A DNA stretch of 57,300 bases from Thermoplasmata archaeon (GTDB lineage Archaea > Thermoplasmatota > Thermoplasmata > Halarchaeoplasmatales > Halarchaeoplasmataceae): positions 1 through 57,300 of the forward strand of contig PUNG01000062.1 of assembly GCA_003551675.1 (NCBI GenBank), written 5' to 3'. The first letter of the stretch is position 1. Every line of letters begins with the position of its first letter. Both the position numbers and the translations under genes were made by a program. A model generated the notes under the pieces. The model did not search any database. It was not told the origin of the DNA and was given only the letters and a program-made list of their open reading frames with translations. Of the stretch, positions 28,689-38,341 are shown piece by piece.

Positions 28689-29546
28689 TCATTCACTTTT
28701 TTTCTTTAAAAGATACCAATATTCCAGGACGATGACTACCACTGCACCGATCAGCGCGGGAAGTATTATCTCCCATGGAGACACGGCTTCACCGACCGCT
28801 TCACTCAACGGTTCTCTAAGGCCGCCCAGCATCAAGCCGAAGAGAAAGGCTATGGTCACCGAACGGGACCACTCTAAAAGGAATCCCAATATCTTTGCAA
28901 GACCGAACAGACCAACGAACCCTCCTGTCAGGAAGATAACCACAATAAAAATATCGAAGGAGTACAGCGCCTCTAACATGTACTCGTATTGGCCCAATAT
29001 TATCAATATATATGATCCAGAGATGCCTGGAAGTATCATAGAAACGATGGAGAACATACCTCCCAAAAATATCATCACGGGATGATGGATGTTGGAGATC
29101 TCCCGAAGACTCAATATCAAAGAGATGGTCAAAAAACCTATAAACGCAGAAAGAACCGCCCATATATCAACCTTATCTATGTACTTGTAGATGATGACGA
29201 CCGAACCAGATATGAGTCCAAAGAATAGTGCGTAGGTGGGGGCGGGAAACGTTTCGATGAGGTGGCTAAGTCCTCTTGCTATGCTTATAACGGCAAAAAG
29301 AGAGCCGAAGAAAAGAGCACCTAAAAACCAATACTCCACCTTTTCAAAACGCTCCTTCACGCCTTTGAAATCCAGCTTGATAAAAGCTATAGGTATATCT
29401 TTCGGGATCTCGTTTATGGCCAGTATCAACTTATCGTAGATGCCCATTATCAAAGCTACCGTTCCGCCCGATACACCTGGAACTATGTTGGCCGCACCCA
29501 TGAGTAGTCCAATCGTGAAATCTTTGATCACTCTCGTTATTTTCAT
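28689..29546 (-). CDS. DUF368 membrane protein (candidate polyprenyl-phosphate translocase)
   Basis: GAANIVPGVSGGT and internal repeat MILPGISGS. Confidence 0.9.
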   Translation of the reverse strand: MKITRVIKDFTIGLLMGAANIVPGVSGGTVALIMGIYDKLILAINEIPKDIPIAFIKLDFKGVKERFEKVEYWFLGALFFGSLFAVISIARGLSHLIETFPAPTYALFFGLISGSVVIIYKYIDKVDIWAVLSAFIGFLTISLILSLREISNIHHPVMIFLGGMFSIVSMILPGISGSYILIILGQYEYMLEALYSFDIFIVVIFLTGGFVGLFGLAKILGFLLEWSRSVTIAFLFGLMLGGLREPLSEAVGEAVSPWEIILPALIGAVVVIVLEYWYLLKKKSE

Positions 29547-29604
29547 AATCGTTGTTAAGCCCAAGATACTTAGGTGTATATATTTTTCTATTCGCCTGGT
29601 GACC

Positions 29605-30804
29605 TCATCCTAAGAATGAGATCATGAGCGGTAGTACTATGAATAGACCTGTCCACGTCAGTATGTTGGAAAATATCCCTACGGATATAGGTCTGATAAG
29701 ATTGTTAGAGAGGAATTCGTTGATGGATCTAGATGACATGAGCTTTTGTACATCTTGGACCTTTGGTTTCCTTACCCTTGCTTCTACATATCCCGCTATC
29801 CATCCTGGGCCTATGAGCGTTAATGACATGAAGGGAGCTAAAAAGAAAGCTGTAAGTACGGATAGTATGTGTCCTTTTCCTATGAGTGCGCCGAGGGAAG
29901 CCATACCTCCCACCGCTACAAACCAATAAAGCCAAGCCCTCCATATGTTGAGCACGTCGGAAAATACGAAAAGATAGGTGGCTAAACTTATGAAAAAAAT
30001 CGGCGACGCGTACCGCAGCAATTTTTTATACACTTTTTTACCCACCACCTCCAAGTGTTCGTGTCCTGAGATGGTACCTTCTTTTTTCTCCTCCCACTTC
30101 AAACTAACCAGCTTATCTTTAACTTGCCGCATATTGCTTTTTGGGACGATAGCTAGGATCTTTCCTTCCTTGGATAAAGAGTAGATCTTTTTCGACATGT
30201 ATTCCAACCTTTCTCTTCTAGCCTTCTCCGCCATATCTGGAGAGAACTTGTCCAAGGTGCTCAAAACCCCTTCCACTATGTCGTCGTGTTTCTCCACCAC
30301 CTCCACGGACTTCGCTTTTTTTTCATCCGAAAAGGAGAGCATGGCTGACTTGAAGTACCAACCGACCCTCAAGGTCTCAACCGGCGACATGTCATGGATC
30401 GCTCTCTTCAGTGTCACGGTGATATCTCTGTCGATAAATTCAACATCTACCTCTAAGAAGTCGGCCACGTCCACCAATTCGGCTATGTGTGTTTCTGGTT
30501 CTAATTTCTTGAACTTTCTTAAGTTCTCTTTCACCGCCTCCACAAAGATCTGATACATCAGGGTCGCAGACTCTCCTCCTTTGTAAGATGAGAGCAAGGG
30601 CCTTTCTAACCACTCCTTTTTCTCCTCCAAAGTTTCGAAGCGCTTCTCACAAAGAGCCAAGCCGATGGATGTAGGTTCATACAGGTTTATAAGTTCGGTC
30701 AGATCCTCTTTGAGGTCCTCGCCTCCGATATAATCAACGCCTACTAGTATTATATCCTCGCGGAACACTTCTACATCCATGGAAACCTCGTTTAAATCCC
30801 TCAC
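29605..30804 (-). CDS. TraB/PrgY-family membrane-anchored protein, degenerate
   Basis: IILVG, LCEKR, IDRDITVTLKRA, C-terminal TM block with GWIAGYVEA..RKP.V.D. Confidence 0.8.
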   Translation of the reverse strand: MRDLNEVSMDVEVFREDIILVGVDYIGGEDLKEDLTELINLYEPTSIGLALCEKRFETLEEKKEWLERPLLSSYKGGESATLMYQIFVEAVKENLRKFKKLEPETHIAELVDVADFLEVDVEFIDRDITVTLKRAIHDMSPVETLRVGWYFKSAMLSFSDEKKAKSVEVVEKHDDIVEGVLSTLDKFSPDMAEKARRERLEYMSKKIYSLSKEGKILAIVPKSNMRQVKDKLVSLKWEEKKEGTISGHEHLEVVGKKVYKKLLRYASPIFFISLATYLFVFSDVLNIWRAWLYWFVAVGGMASLGALIGKGHILSVLTAFFLAPFMSLTLIGPGWIAGYVEARVRKPKVQDVQKLMSSRSINEFLSNNLIRPISVGIFSNILTWTGLFIVLPLMISFLG

Positions 30805-30874
30805 AGTATTACTAAAACTTTTTTACCCTCGAGTGAAATAACCTCAAAGCGGTGATTATCACTCATAACCTGTT

Positions 30875-31468
30875 TCAATACCCGTATCGAAAAACATTCC
30901 TGTTCATGACGATCAGTATCAGAGCCAAGGAGGATATGAAGAGGGTGATGAGCAGATAAAATACGGGAGGCAAAGCACCCAATGCTAAAAATCCTTTGTC
31001 ATAATTCAGGCCGCCCCACAAAAATGAGTTCAATATGGCGAAGATACATCCCGTTAACGATACTGCGAAAGACTTCCCTCTATACGTGTGCCACGCTCCA
31101 AGAGTCAATATCATGGTGAATACCGTCCCTCCAAGTGCGATCCCTCCGCGGAGTTCCGTGACTCCTTCCAACAAAAAAACTGAGACGATACCTAAAGAAA
31201 AAAGGAACAAGCTGAAAAGGAGAAGCCCTCCACCGATCTTCAACTGTTTTCTACTACCACCACGAAGTCTTAGGTACGGATAAAGACCGCTGTAAAGTTC
31301 CCAATAATACTCGGCCTTTCTCGTTCTGGATCCATCCCATACATCCCTGTAATTCAATCTGCAATAAGGACAGACCACTTCAGCATATCCCCCTCTTCTT
31401 TTTTCCTCTTCCACATAGAACTGTCCTCTGCATCGGGGACAGTGCGTGAATAGATGTTTCATCGTCAT
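30875..31468 (-). CDS. Zinc-ribbon membrane protein
   Basis: CPRC...CPYC at the N-terminus and four TM helices. Start trimmed to 31468 (or 31462) to avoid overlap with the divergent gene. Confidence 0.75.
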   Translation of the reverse strand: MTMKHLFTHCPRCRGQFYVEEEKRRGGYAEVVCPYCRLNYRDVWDGSRTRKAEYYWELYSGLYPYLRLRGGSRKQLKIGGGLLLFSLFLFSLGIVSVFLLEGVTELRGGIALGGTVFTMILTLGAWHTYRGKSFAVSLTGCIFAILNSFLWGGLNYDKGFLALGALPPVFYLLITLFISSLALILIVMNRNVFRYGY

Positions 31469-31569
31469 AGTATATCTATGAAAGCAATAAGAGTTTTTTG
31501 GACACTCGTGACGAGATCTAGGTTTTAGGGAGAAAACATATTTATCAGATTGGAGGATTAAGTTATGCA

Positions 31570-33228
31570 TTGTCATCGAAAATCGAATTACCCGAAGGAC
31601 TAACGGCACAAGAAGCCGAGGGTTCCGGGGCCCTTCAACCCCTGCTGGACAAGCTGAAGAGGTATTCTTTTCAAGGGTATCTTAAACTGAGAGTCCAGGG
31701 TGAGTGTGAAGGCTATCTCATATTGAAGAAAGGGCTCCCTCGGAATGCGTTATACCATGATCTAGTTGAAGATAAAGTTAAAAAAGGTATCATCGCACTA
31801 CAGGATATCCACACTTTAGATTCAAACGACGACCTCCAGATAACGGTCCACACGGATATAGATGTGGACAAACTCATTGAAGAAGTCGGAGGGAAACTCC
31901 CCGCCCGTGGTTCGAAGAAAAGTACTAAACCCCCTCCTTCAAAAAAATCAAGCGATACGTTTTTACATGCCATCGAACGATCAGGAGATGATCTGAAAGG
32001 CCTGCCGGAAGATATCCTGGAAGAGTTCCCTCCTCGATACACATTTAAAAACTTCATAGTAGGCCCCAATAATAGATTTGCATATGCCGCCGCCTTGTCC
32101 GTGGCGGGAAAACCGGGCCGAAGCTACAATCCTCTTTTCATCACCAGTAAAACCGGGCTGGGAAAAACACACCTTCTTAAAGCCATCGGCCGAACACATC
32201 TTGTGGATGATAAAGATAGAAAAGTCAGGTACGTTGTGACCTCTAGATTGATAGATGAGATAAAAGAGCACAAAAGGAAAAATAAGATGTCCGAACTCAG
32301 AAAGAAATATCTCGATACGGATACATTGCTCTTGGACGGCGTGCAGTCCTTGGCTAATAAAGAACAGATTCAAGAGGATATCTTTAATATATTTTCAGAA
32401 CTCCAGGAGAGGGGAAGCCAGATCGTACTATCGTCGGATCGAATACCAGAGGAGATCCCCGAGATCGAGGAAAAACTCATATCGAGATTTAGGTCGGGTC
32501 TAGTGGTGGATATATTGGCCCCTGGCTACCAGACCAGGAAGATCATCATCGAGCACGCGGCTGAAGAGCAGGGACTAGATCTACCTGAAGATGTGATAAT
32601 TTACATGGCGAAAAAGATCAAAGGTAACGTCAACACCATCAAAGGGGCTTTGAACAGAGTTAGCGCTTACTCGTCGCTCATGGACAAGCCCATCTCTTTG
32701 GAAAACATAGAAGGCGTTCTCACCAGGTATATCGATAAAGAAGTAGGTACCGGCGACGCTCTGAAACCACAATTCAAACCCGGTAGGAGTTACATAATAG
32801 AAGAAGAGACCACTCCTTTGGAGGGCCTAAGACTGGTGGACGAGATGTCGCCGAAAAAAAATAAGTTCATCATATCTAGGATGAATCCTGAACAGATAAA
32901 AGAAGATTACGAACTCATAAACTCCGAGGTAGCATGGCTCACCGATAAAAAGAGCGAGGAGCAGAAAACCGTACCACCGAATTTAGAACGATTGAGTTGG
33001 ATGTTAGAAGAGCAGATCAAAAAGACGGACGTGGTCTTCATCGACGGTTTGGAGTACTTGATCAGCAACACTAATTTTGATGCGGCCATCCAATTCATAA
33101 GACATATCGTGGACGTGGTCTCAGAGAGTGAAACCATCTTCTTGGTCATAGTCAATCCCCGGGCGTTGGAAAGCAAGCAGATCTACATATTGGAGAGAGA
33201 GATGGACGTTATCTCATACATCAGTTAA
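31570..33228 (+). CDS. DUF2226-like / DnaA-type AAA+ / DUF835 fusion protein
   Basis: aa 153-388: YTFKNFIVGPNNRFAYAAA, YNPLFI, GLGKTHLL, SSDR, SRF, GALNRV (DnaA domain III). aa 402-547: GRSYII, ISRMNP, WLT, DGLEYL, LEREM (DUF835). TTG start after GGAGG. Confidence 0.88.
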   Translation: MSSKIELPEGLTAQEAEGSGALQPLLDKLKRYSFQGYLKLRVQGECEGYLILKKGLPRNALYHDLVEDKVKKGIIALQDIHTLDSNDDLQITVHTDIDVDKLIEEVGGKLPARGSKKSTKPPPSKKSSDTFLHAIERSGDDLKGLPEDILEEFPPRYTFKNFIVGPNNRFAYAAALSVAGKPGRSYNPLFITSKTGLGKTHLLKAIGRTHLVDDKDRKVRYVVTSRLIDEIKEHKRKNKMSELRKKYLDTDTLLLDGVQSLANKEQIQEDIFNIFSELQERGSQIVLSSDRIPEEIPEIEEKLISRFRSGLVVDILAPGYQTRKIIIEHAAEEQGLDLPEDVIIYMAKKIKGNVNTIKGALNRVSAYSSLMDKPISLENIEGVLTRYIDKEVGTGDALKPQFKPGRSYIIEEETTPLEGLRLVDEMSPKKNKFIISRMNPEQIKEDYELINSEVAWLTDKKSEEQKTVPPNLERLSWMLEEQIKKTDVVFIDGLEYLISNTNFDAAIQFIRHIVDVVSESETIFLVIVNPRALESKQIYILEREMDVISYIS

Positions 33229-33232
33229 AAAA

Positions 33233-33817
33233 TCATTCTTCATCGTTTTCTTCTTTTTTTTCCGGATCGCTGGTCAGATGGTCTAGTAGAGGCCTGCTTC
33301 GAGAAGTTACGTCTATCTGTGGGTCCGGTACATGGAGGTTGACGTTTTCACATCTTCTGCAGATCAGGGCGACGGCATACTTGTCTTCGTGGCCGCAGGA
33401 GGGGCACTGGAAAGTTTTTGGCAGGAGCGTAGAGTCCATGATCTTGATCTCCAGTTGTGATAATCTGCTGCCCAATAGACCGATCTGGGTTGCAAGTTTG
33501 TCTTGCATGGACCTCTTACTTTTTTTTCCCTCGCTTATGATGGATCGATATTTTTGAAATAGGACTTCGGCCTTATCGGCCTCACAAAAACCGGATTTTA
33601 CCATGTCTTCGGGTTTTTCCCCCTCTTCGAACATCCGAAATGCCTTGGACTCTAACGCCAAGGTCTTCAACCGTTTTGACATCTCAGGATCACCCATGAT
33701 GTGCTTTTGTATGTCTTCAAGGGGCTTGTCCAATTCGTCCGCTATCTCCTTTAATGAAAAACCCTTCTCTGAAAGCTCCACAAGCCTTTCCGATTTATCT
33801 TCGATGTCTGTACCCAT
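33233..33817 (-). CDS. Hypothetical protein with N-terminal HTH and C-terminal Zn finger
   Basis: KGFSLKEIADEL HTH-like segment; CPSC...CRRC. Confidence 0.7.
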   Translation of the reverse strand: MGTDIEDKSERLVELSEKGFSLKEIADELDKPLEDIQKHIMGDPEMSKRLKTLALESKAFRMFEEGEKPEDMVKSGFCEADKAEVLFQKYRSIISEGKKSKRSMQDKLATQIGLLGSRLSQLEIKIMDSTLLPKTFQCPSCGHEDKYAVALICRRCENVNLHVPDPQIDVTSRSRPLLDHLTSDPEKKEENDEE

Positions 33818-33868
33818 CGTTTATGGTAAATGTATCTTTTTACTTAAAATTATTGCTAAGGTGTGAGC

Positions 33869-34693
33869 TCAAAATAGATCGAGAGATATGTCCAAAGAAC
33901 TTATCTGATGGGTCAAAGCACCTATGGATATTACATCGACTCCAGTGGCTGCTACCTCTTTTATGTTGTGGATATCTATACCTCCGGAAGCTTCGACTAC
34001 CGCTTCGTCTCCTATGATCCTTACGGCTTCCTTCATCTCATCCATGGACATATTATCCAACATGACGATGTCTACATCGACTCTAATAGCCTTTTTAACA
34101 TCTTCAACGGATTCCACTTCCACCTCTATCTTCAAGGTGTGTTCATGGCCGACCCTAGCAACAGCTTCTTCTATGCCGCCGGCGGAGCGGATATGATTGT
34201 CTTTGATGAGCACGGCGTCGTAAAGTCCCATCCTGTGGTTGTATCCTCCACCTATCTTTACGGCGTACTTTTCTAAAATACGAAGGTTTGGCGTGGTCTT
34301 TCGAGTGTCAACCACCTTTACATCGTAATCCTCGACTTCCTTGACGTACCTTCTCGTTTTAGTTGCGATCCCGGACAACCTTTGAAGAAAGTTCAAAGCC
34401 AGCCGTTCCCCTTTCAATATACTGGCGGACCTTCCTGATACTTCCGCCACCACTTCACCGGGTCTTATGGTCTGTCCCTCTTTTTTTAAAGCTTGAAAAT
34501 TCACGCCGTCATCGATCTCTTTGAAAACGAGTTCAGCCACTGGTAGGCCCGCTAAAACGCCGTTTTCTTTGAACTTTATTTTGCCTGAAGATCTTTCCTC
34601 ATCCTCTACCACGCTTTCCGTGGTTATATCTCCTGTACCTATATCTTCTTCTATGGCCTGGGTGACTATTTTTCTTATCTTGAATTCGTCCAT
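33869..34693 (-). CDS. nadC: Nicotinate-nucleotide pyrophosphorylase
   Basis: EDIGTGDITT, DTRKT, HRMGLYD, IKDNH, MLDN, EASGG. Confidence 0.97.
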   Translation of the reverse strand: MDEFKIRKIVTQAIEEDIGTGDITTESVVEDEERSSGKIKFKENGVLAGLPVAELVFKEIDDGVNFQALKKEGQTIRPGEVVAEVSGRSASILKGERLALNFLQRLSGIATKTRRYVKEVEDYDVKVVDTRKTTPNLRILEKYAVKIGGGYNHRMGLYDAVLIKDNHIRSAGGIEEAVARVGHEHTLKIEVEVESVEDVKKAIRVDVDIVMLDNMSMDEMKEAVRIIGDEAVVEASGGIDIHNIKEVAATGVDVISIGALTHQISSLDISLDLF

Positions 34694-34694
34694 C

Positions 34695-36278
34695 TTAACT
34701 ACCCTCTTCTTTATTTAAAACAACATGTTTATTTTTCCATGCTTCTTTTTTATAGGGATGGTCTGATCTGTAGTGGGTTCCTCTACTTTCTTCCCTCAGT
34801 AAAGCCGACCTAGATATCAAAAGCCCGACGGTCAACATATTTTTCACTTCATGATCGTCTGTATTCCATCCATCTACATCCTCGGCGGCCTTCAATTTTC
34901 TTTCCAACCACCTGATGAGTTTTGAGAGACCTTTTCTTTCCCTTTTGATCCCTGCATATCGCATCATGTTATCCCCTACCTCTTTTTTCAATGTTTCCAT
35001 CTTTGGCTCCTTTATACCTAAGGAAGGAGTATCCAAATCTTCGGGATAACGATGGTCATGGTTCTTCTTAAAACCTTCCCTTTTTATTTTTTCGTATATC
35101 CTGTGCCCAAAAACGATACCTTCCAGCAGTGAATTGCTAGCAAGGCGGTTGGCACCGTGGACACCGGCACAGGCGGTTTCCCCGCATGCGTAAAGGTTGT
35201 TCATGCTTGTTTGCCCGTACAGGTCCGTCTCGACACCTCCTATCATGTAGTGCGCCGATGGTGCAACGGGGATCCATCGTTGGGTCGGGTCTATCCCTCT
35301 TTCGTTTAATTTTTTGAAGATGTTTGGGAACCTACCTTCTAGATATTTTGGAGAAAGGTGCGTGACGTCTAACCAAACATGCTCTTTTCCGAATTTCTCA
35401 GCCTCTTCGATTATGGCCCTGGCCACAACGTCACGAGGAGCCAGTTCTGCATCTTCATGGTGATCTTTCATGAAGCGCTCACCGTCTTCGTTCCTCAAGA
35501 AACCTCCTTCACCTCTCACCGTTTCCGAAATAAGGAAGGGATCACCTTTTGGATCGTACAGAGCGGTGGGATGGAACTGTATAAATTCCATATCTCTTAT
35601 GTTAGCGCCGGCCCTATAGGCTACTGCCACTCCGTCTCCCGTAGTGACTTCTGGATTCGTAGTGTTCTCGTAAACCATACCGCATCCTCCCGTGGCCAAG
35701 ATGCCGTACACGGCGTGGTAAAACAGAAGTTCGGAAGCGTTTTTATCCCAGCACAGAGCACCTGCGAAGGAATCTTCATGGACCAGTAGGTCTACTAAGA
35801 ACGTTCTTTCATGCAGTTCTACATTTTCTAGAGCGATTATATGTTCGGTCAAAGATTCCCTGATCTCCTCACCCGTGGCATCGCCTCTTGCATGGAGTAC
35901 CCTTCTTCGACTATGTGCCCCCTCTTTGGCAAGGTCTAGTTCACCTTCAATATAATCAAAACGGGTGCCCAGCTCGATGAGCTCTTTTACTCTGTCAGGA
36001 CCTTCCTTTACCAAAGTACGAACGGCTTCTTCGTCGCAGAAATCATCACCTGCATCGAGCGTGTCCTTCATGTGTAAGTCCCAAGAATCTCCCTTATCTA
36101 GTACGGCCGCGATACCTCCTTGAGCATACTGGGTGCTGCTCTCTTTTTTTTCTCCTTTAGTTATAACGATCACGTTTCCCAGAGTGCTGAGTTTCATGGC
36201 GGTGTACAAGCCGGCGATACCACTGCCGACTATCAAAAAATCGGTATTTATATTCTCATCTACCAGATCATCTTTCAT
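34695..36278 (-). CDS. nadB: L-aspartate oxidase
   Basis: GSGIAG, AQGGI, QFHPT, HYMIGG, HGANRLASNSLLE; between nadA and nadC. Confidence 0.96.
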   Translation of the reverse strand: MKDDLVDENINTDFLIVGSGIAGLYTAMKLSTLGNVIVITKGEKKESSTQYAQGGIAAVLDKGDSWDLHMKDTLDAGDDFCDEEAVRTLVKEGPDRVKELIELGTRFDYIEGELDLAKEGAHSRRRVLHARGDATGEEIRESLTEHIIALENVELHERTFLVDLLVHEDSFAGALCWDKNASELLFYHAVYGILATGGCGMVYENTTNPEVTTGDGVAVAYRAGANIRDMEFIQFHPTALYDPKGDPFLISETVRGEGGFLRNEDGERFMKDHHEDAELAPRDVVARAIIEEAEKFGKEHVWLDVTHLSPKYLEGRFPNIFKKLNERGIDPTQRWIPVAPSAHYMIGGVETDLYGQTSMNNLYACGETACAGVHGANRLASNSLLEGIVFGHRIYEKIKREGFKKNHDHRYPEDLDTPSLGIKEPKMETLKKEVGDNMMRYAGIKRERKGLSKLIRWLERKLKAAEDVDGWNTDDHEVKNMLTVGLLISRSALLREESRGTHYRSDHPYKKEAWKNKHVVLNKEEGS

Positions 36279-37207
36279 TTTCCTCTTCCTATCTCGACCA
36301 TCCTTTGTAAAGGTTTTTTGGCTTTGATCGCGATATTCTCATCCACCTTTATGACGGGTTCAAGATTTTCCAAAGAATGGATCATTTTTTCCATGGTTAT
36401 CTTCTTCATGTTCTGGCAGACCGGGTTTCCGGGGAAGTGATATTCTTTACCCGGTGCTTCCTTTTTCAATCGATGCCCCATCTCCCTTTCGGTGCCGATT
36501 ATCATGTGTTTAGCACGGGACTGTTTTGCTCTTTTTAGTATCCCCGCGGTGGATTCGACGTGATCTGCCATATCTACTACCTTTGGATCACATTCAGGGT
36601 GTACTACTACTTCGGCTTCAGGAAATTTTTTCAACAGGTCTTTCACATGAGATGGTTTGATGTTGTCGTGGGTACCGCAGAAGCCTTCCCATATGTCAAT
36701 TTCTTTGTCTTCGACGAACCGTTTTATGTAGTCTCCTAGATTCCTGTCTGGTAAAAAAAGGACCTTGGTACTGTCCACGCTCTTGACCACTTTCACGGCG
36801 TTAGACGAGGTACAGCATATATCGGATTTTGCCTTGGTTTCAACATTGGTGTTAACGTATGATACCACGGAGGTGTCAGGATTTTCTTTCCTGTACCGTT
36901 CAAGTTCCTCCTGATCCACCATCTTTGCCATGGGACAGGTAGCTTTGGGCTCGGGATGAATGATATCTTTGTCAGGGTTGAGTATTACGGCGGAGTCCAC
37001 CATAAAATCTACGCCGCAGAAGATCACATTTGATACGTCTAACTCGGCAACTTTTTTAGCCAACCCGAACGAGTCTCCGACATAATCAGCAATATCTTGG
37101 ATCGCCCCTATCTGGTAGTTGTGGGCGACTATAACGGCGTGGTTTTTTTCCTTCAACTCCTCTATCTTATCTTTCAAGGCCATCGATTTCTCCATATATA
37201 ACTCCAT
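36275..37207 (-). CDS. nadA: Quinolinate synthase
   Basis: AHNYQ, GDS, CPMA, YVNT, HPEC, CQNMK; start may be 37195 or 37183. Confidence 0.96.
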   Translation of the reverse strand: MELYMEKSMALKDKIEELKEKNHAVIVAHNYQIGAIQDIADYVGDSFGLAKKVAELDVSNVIFCGVDFMVDSAVILNPDKDIIHPEPKATCPMAKMVDQEELERYRKENPDTSVVSYVNTNVETKAKSDICCTSSNAVKVVKSVDSTKVLFLPDRNLGDYIKRFVEDKEIDIWEGFCGTHDNIKPSHVKDLLKKFPEAEVVVHPECDPKVVDMADHVESTAGILKRAKQSRAKHMIIGTEREMGHRLKKEAPGKEYHFPGNPVCQNMKKITMEKMIHSLENLEPVIKVDENIAIKAKKPLQRMVEIGRGK

Positions 37208-37286
37208 TATAAGTTTTTACCCCTGAGTCACGGAAGAAAAACTATACATGTAAGAAGACTATAGGGAAGAAAAAGGTGATGAGCAA

Positions 37287-38057
37287 ATGGAAGCTTTCAA
37301 AGTAGCGGTAGTCCAATACGATCCGGCTTCGGATGATAAGGAAAAGAATATTGAAAAGGCTGCAGAAAAGGTGAAAAAGGCTTCTCGACAAGGTGCTAAA
37401 TTCGTGGTACTGCCCGAATACTTTTCCATAGGTGGTGGTTCCGATGGATGTGACGTCCTTGCAGAGCCAGTTCCCGGCTACACGGTAGAAAGATTGATGG
37501 ACATCTCTAAAAATAACGGTGTGTATATCTGTGGCTCCATGCTCGAGGGAACAGAGGACCATGTATACAATACGGCGATTTTCACAAGTCCCGACGGAGA
37601 ACTTATAGCCACCTATCGAAAGATGCACCTTTTCATGGACGAACAGGATAATATATGTGCTGGAGACGAGACCGTGGTGGTTGAAACGGAATACGGTAAG
37701 ATAGGTCTGATGATATGCTATGATGCGATATTTCCTGAAGTTGCTAGAGACCTCGGATCCAAGGGCGCCGAACTCATATTGGTACCATCAAATTGGCCCG
37801 ACCCTTTCAAACCACAGTGGCAGTTAGCGACCAGCGCCAGGGCGTTGGACAATCAAGTATGGCTAGCGGCTGCGAACTGTATAGGTGCTGACGACAAATT
37901 CACTTACTTTGGAAATAGCCGTATAGTAGCACCCACCGGTGTTCCTGTGGATGAGTGCGGAGACGAAGAAGAAATATCGATCTCCACCGTACGTATGGAC
38001 ACAATAGATGAGTTCAAGGAGACGGTGAATTTTTTGGAAGAACGACGCCCACCTTAG
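37287..38057 (+). CDS. Carbon-nitrogen hydrolase (nitrilase superfamily)
   Basis: E-K-C triad: LPEY, YRKMHLF, ICYD; ARALDNQ. Confidence 0.93.
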   Translation: MEAFKVAVVQYDPASDDKEKNIEKAAEKVKKASRQGAKFVVLPEYFSIGGGSDGCDVLAEPVPGYTVERLMDISKNNGVYICGSMLEGTEDHVYNTAIFTSPDGELIATYRKMHLFMDEQDNICAGDETVVVETEYGKIGLMICYDAIFPEVARDLGSKGAELILVPSNWPDPFKPQWQLATSARALDNQVWLAAANCIGADDKFTYFGNSRIVAPTGVPVDECGDEEEISISTVRMDTIDEFKETVNFLEERRPP

Positions 38058-38126
38058 TTACCTGTAAAACGGTCACAATCTATAAGTAGTCAATCGGCAT
38101 CATGGTTAAAAGAACGAGGCACAATA

Positions 38127-38282
38127 ATGGATGTAAAAATCCACGTGAAGATAGATAAGCAGGACGAATCCATCGGCATAGGCGATATCCAGGATATGAT
38201 CAAAAAAATCCAGGAGGAGAATCCCGATAGAGAGGTCTTCTTCGACGGGGACGAATACGCCATATGCAGTAGAAAGAGATGA
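38127..38282 (+). CDS. Small 51-aa protein (below the ORF-track cutoff)
   Basis: MDVKIHVKIDKQDESIGIGDIQDMIKKIQEENPDREVFFDGDEYAICSRKR; GAGG RBS, TATAA upstream, fills the intergenic gap. Confidence 0.75.
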   Translation: MDVKIHVKIDKQDESIGIGDIQDMIKKIQEENPDREVFFDGDEYAICSRKR

Positions 38283-38341
38283 GTGACGAGCTATCTTTGA
38301 TTCGGAACGAAAATTAAAAATACCCTTATTGTTATGTTGGT

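Noticed and set aside
31469-31569. Bacterial-type oriC next to the DnaA-like gene
   Set aside because: No TTATCCACA boxes seen in the flanks, and the protein lacks domain IV.
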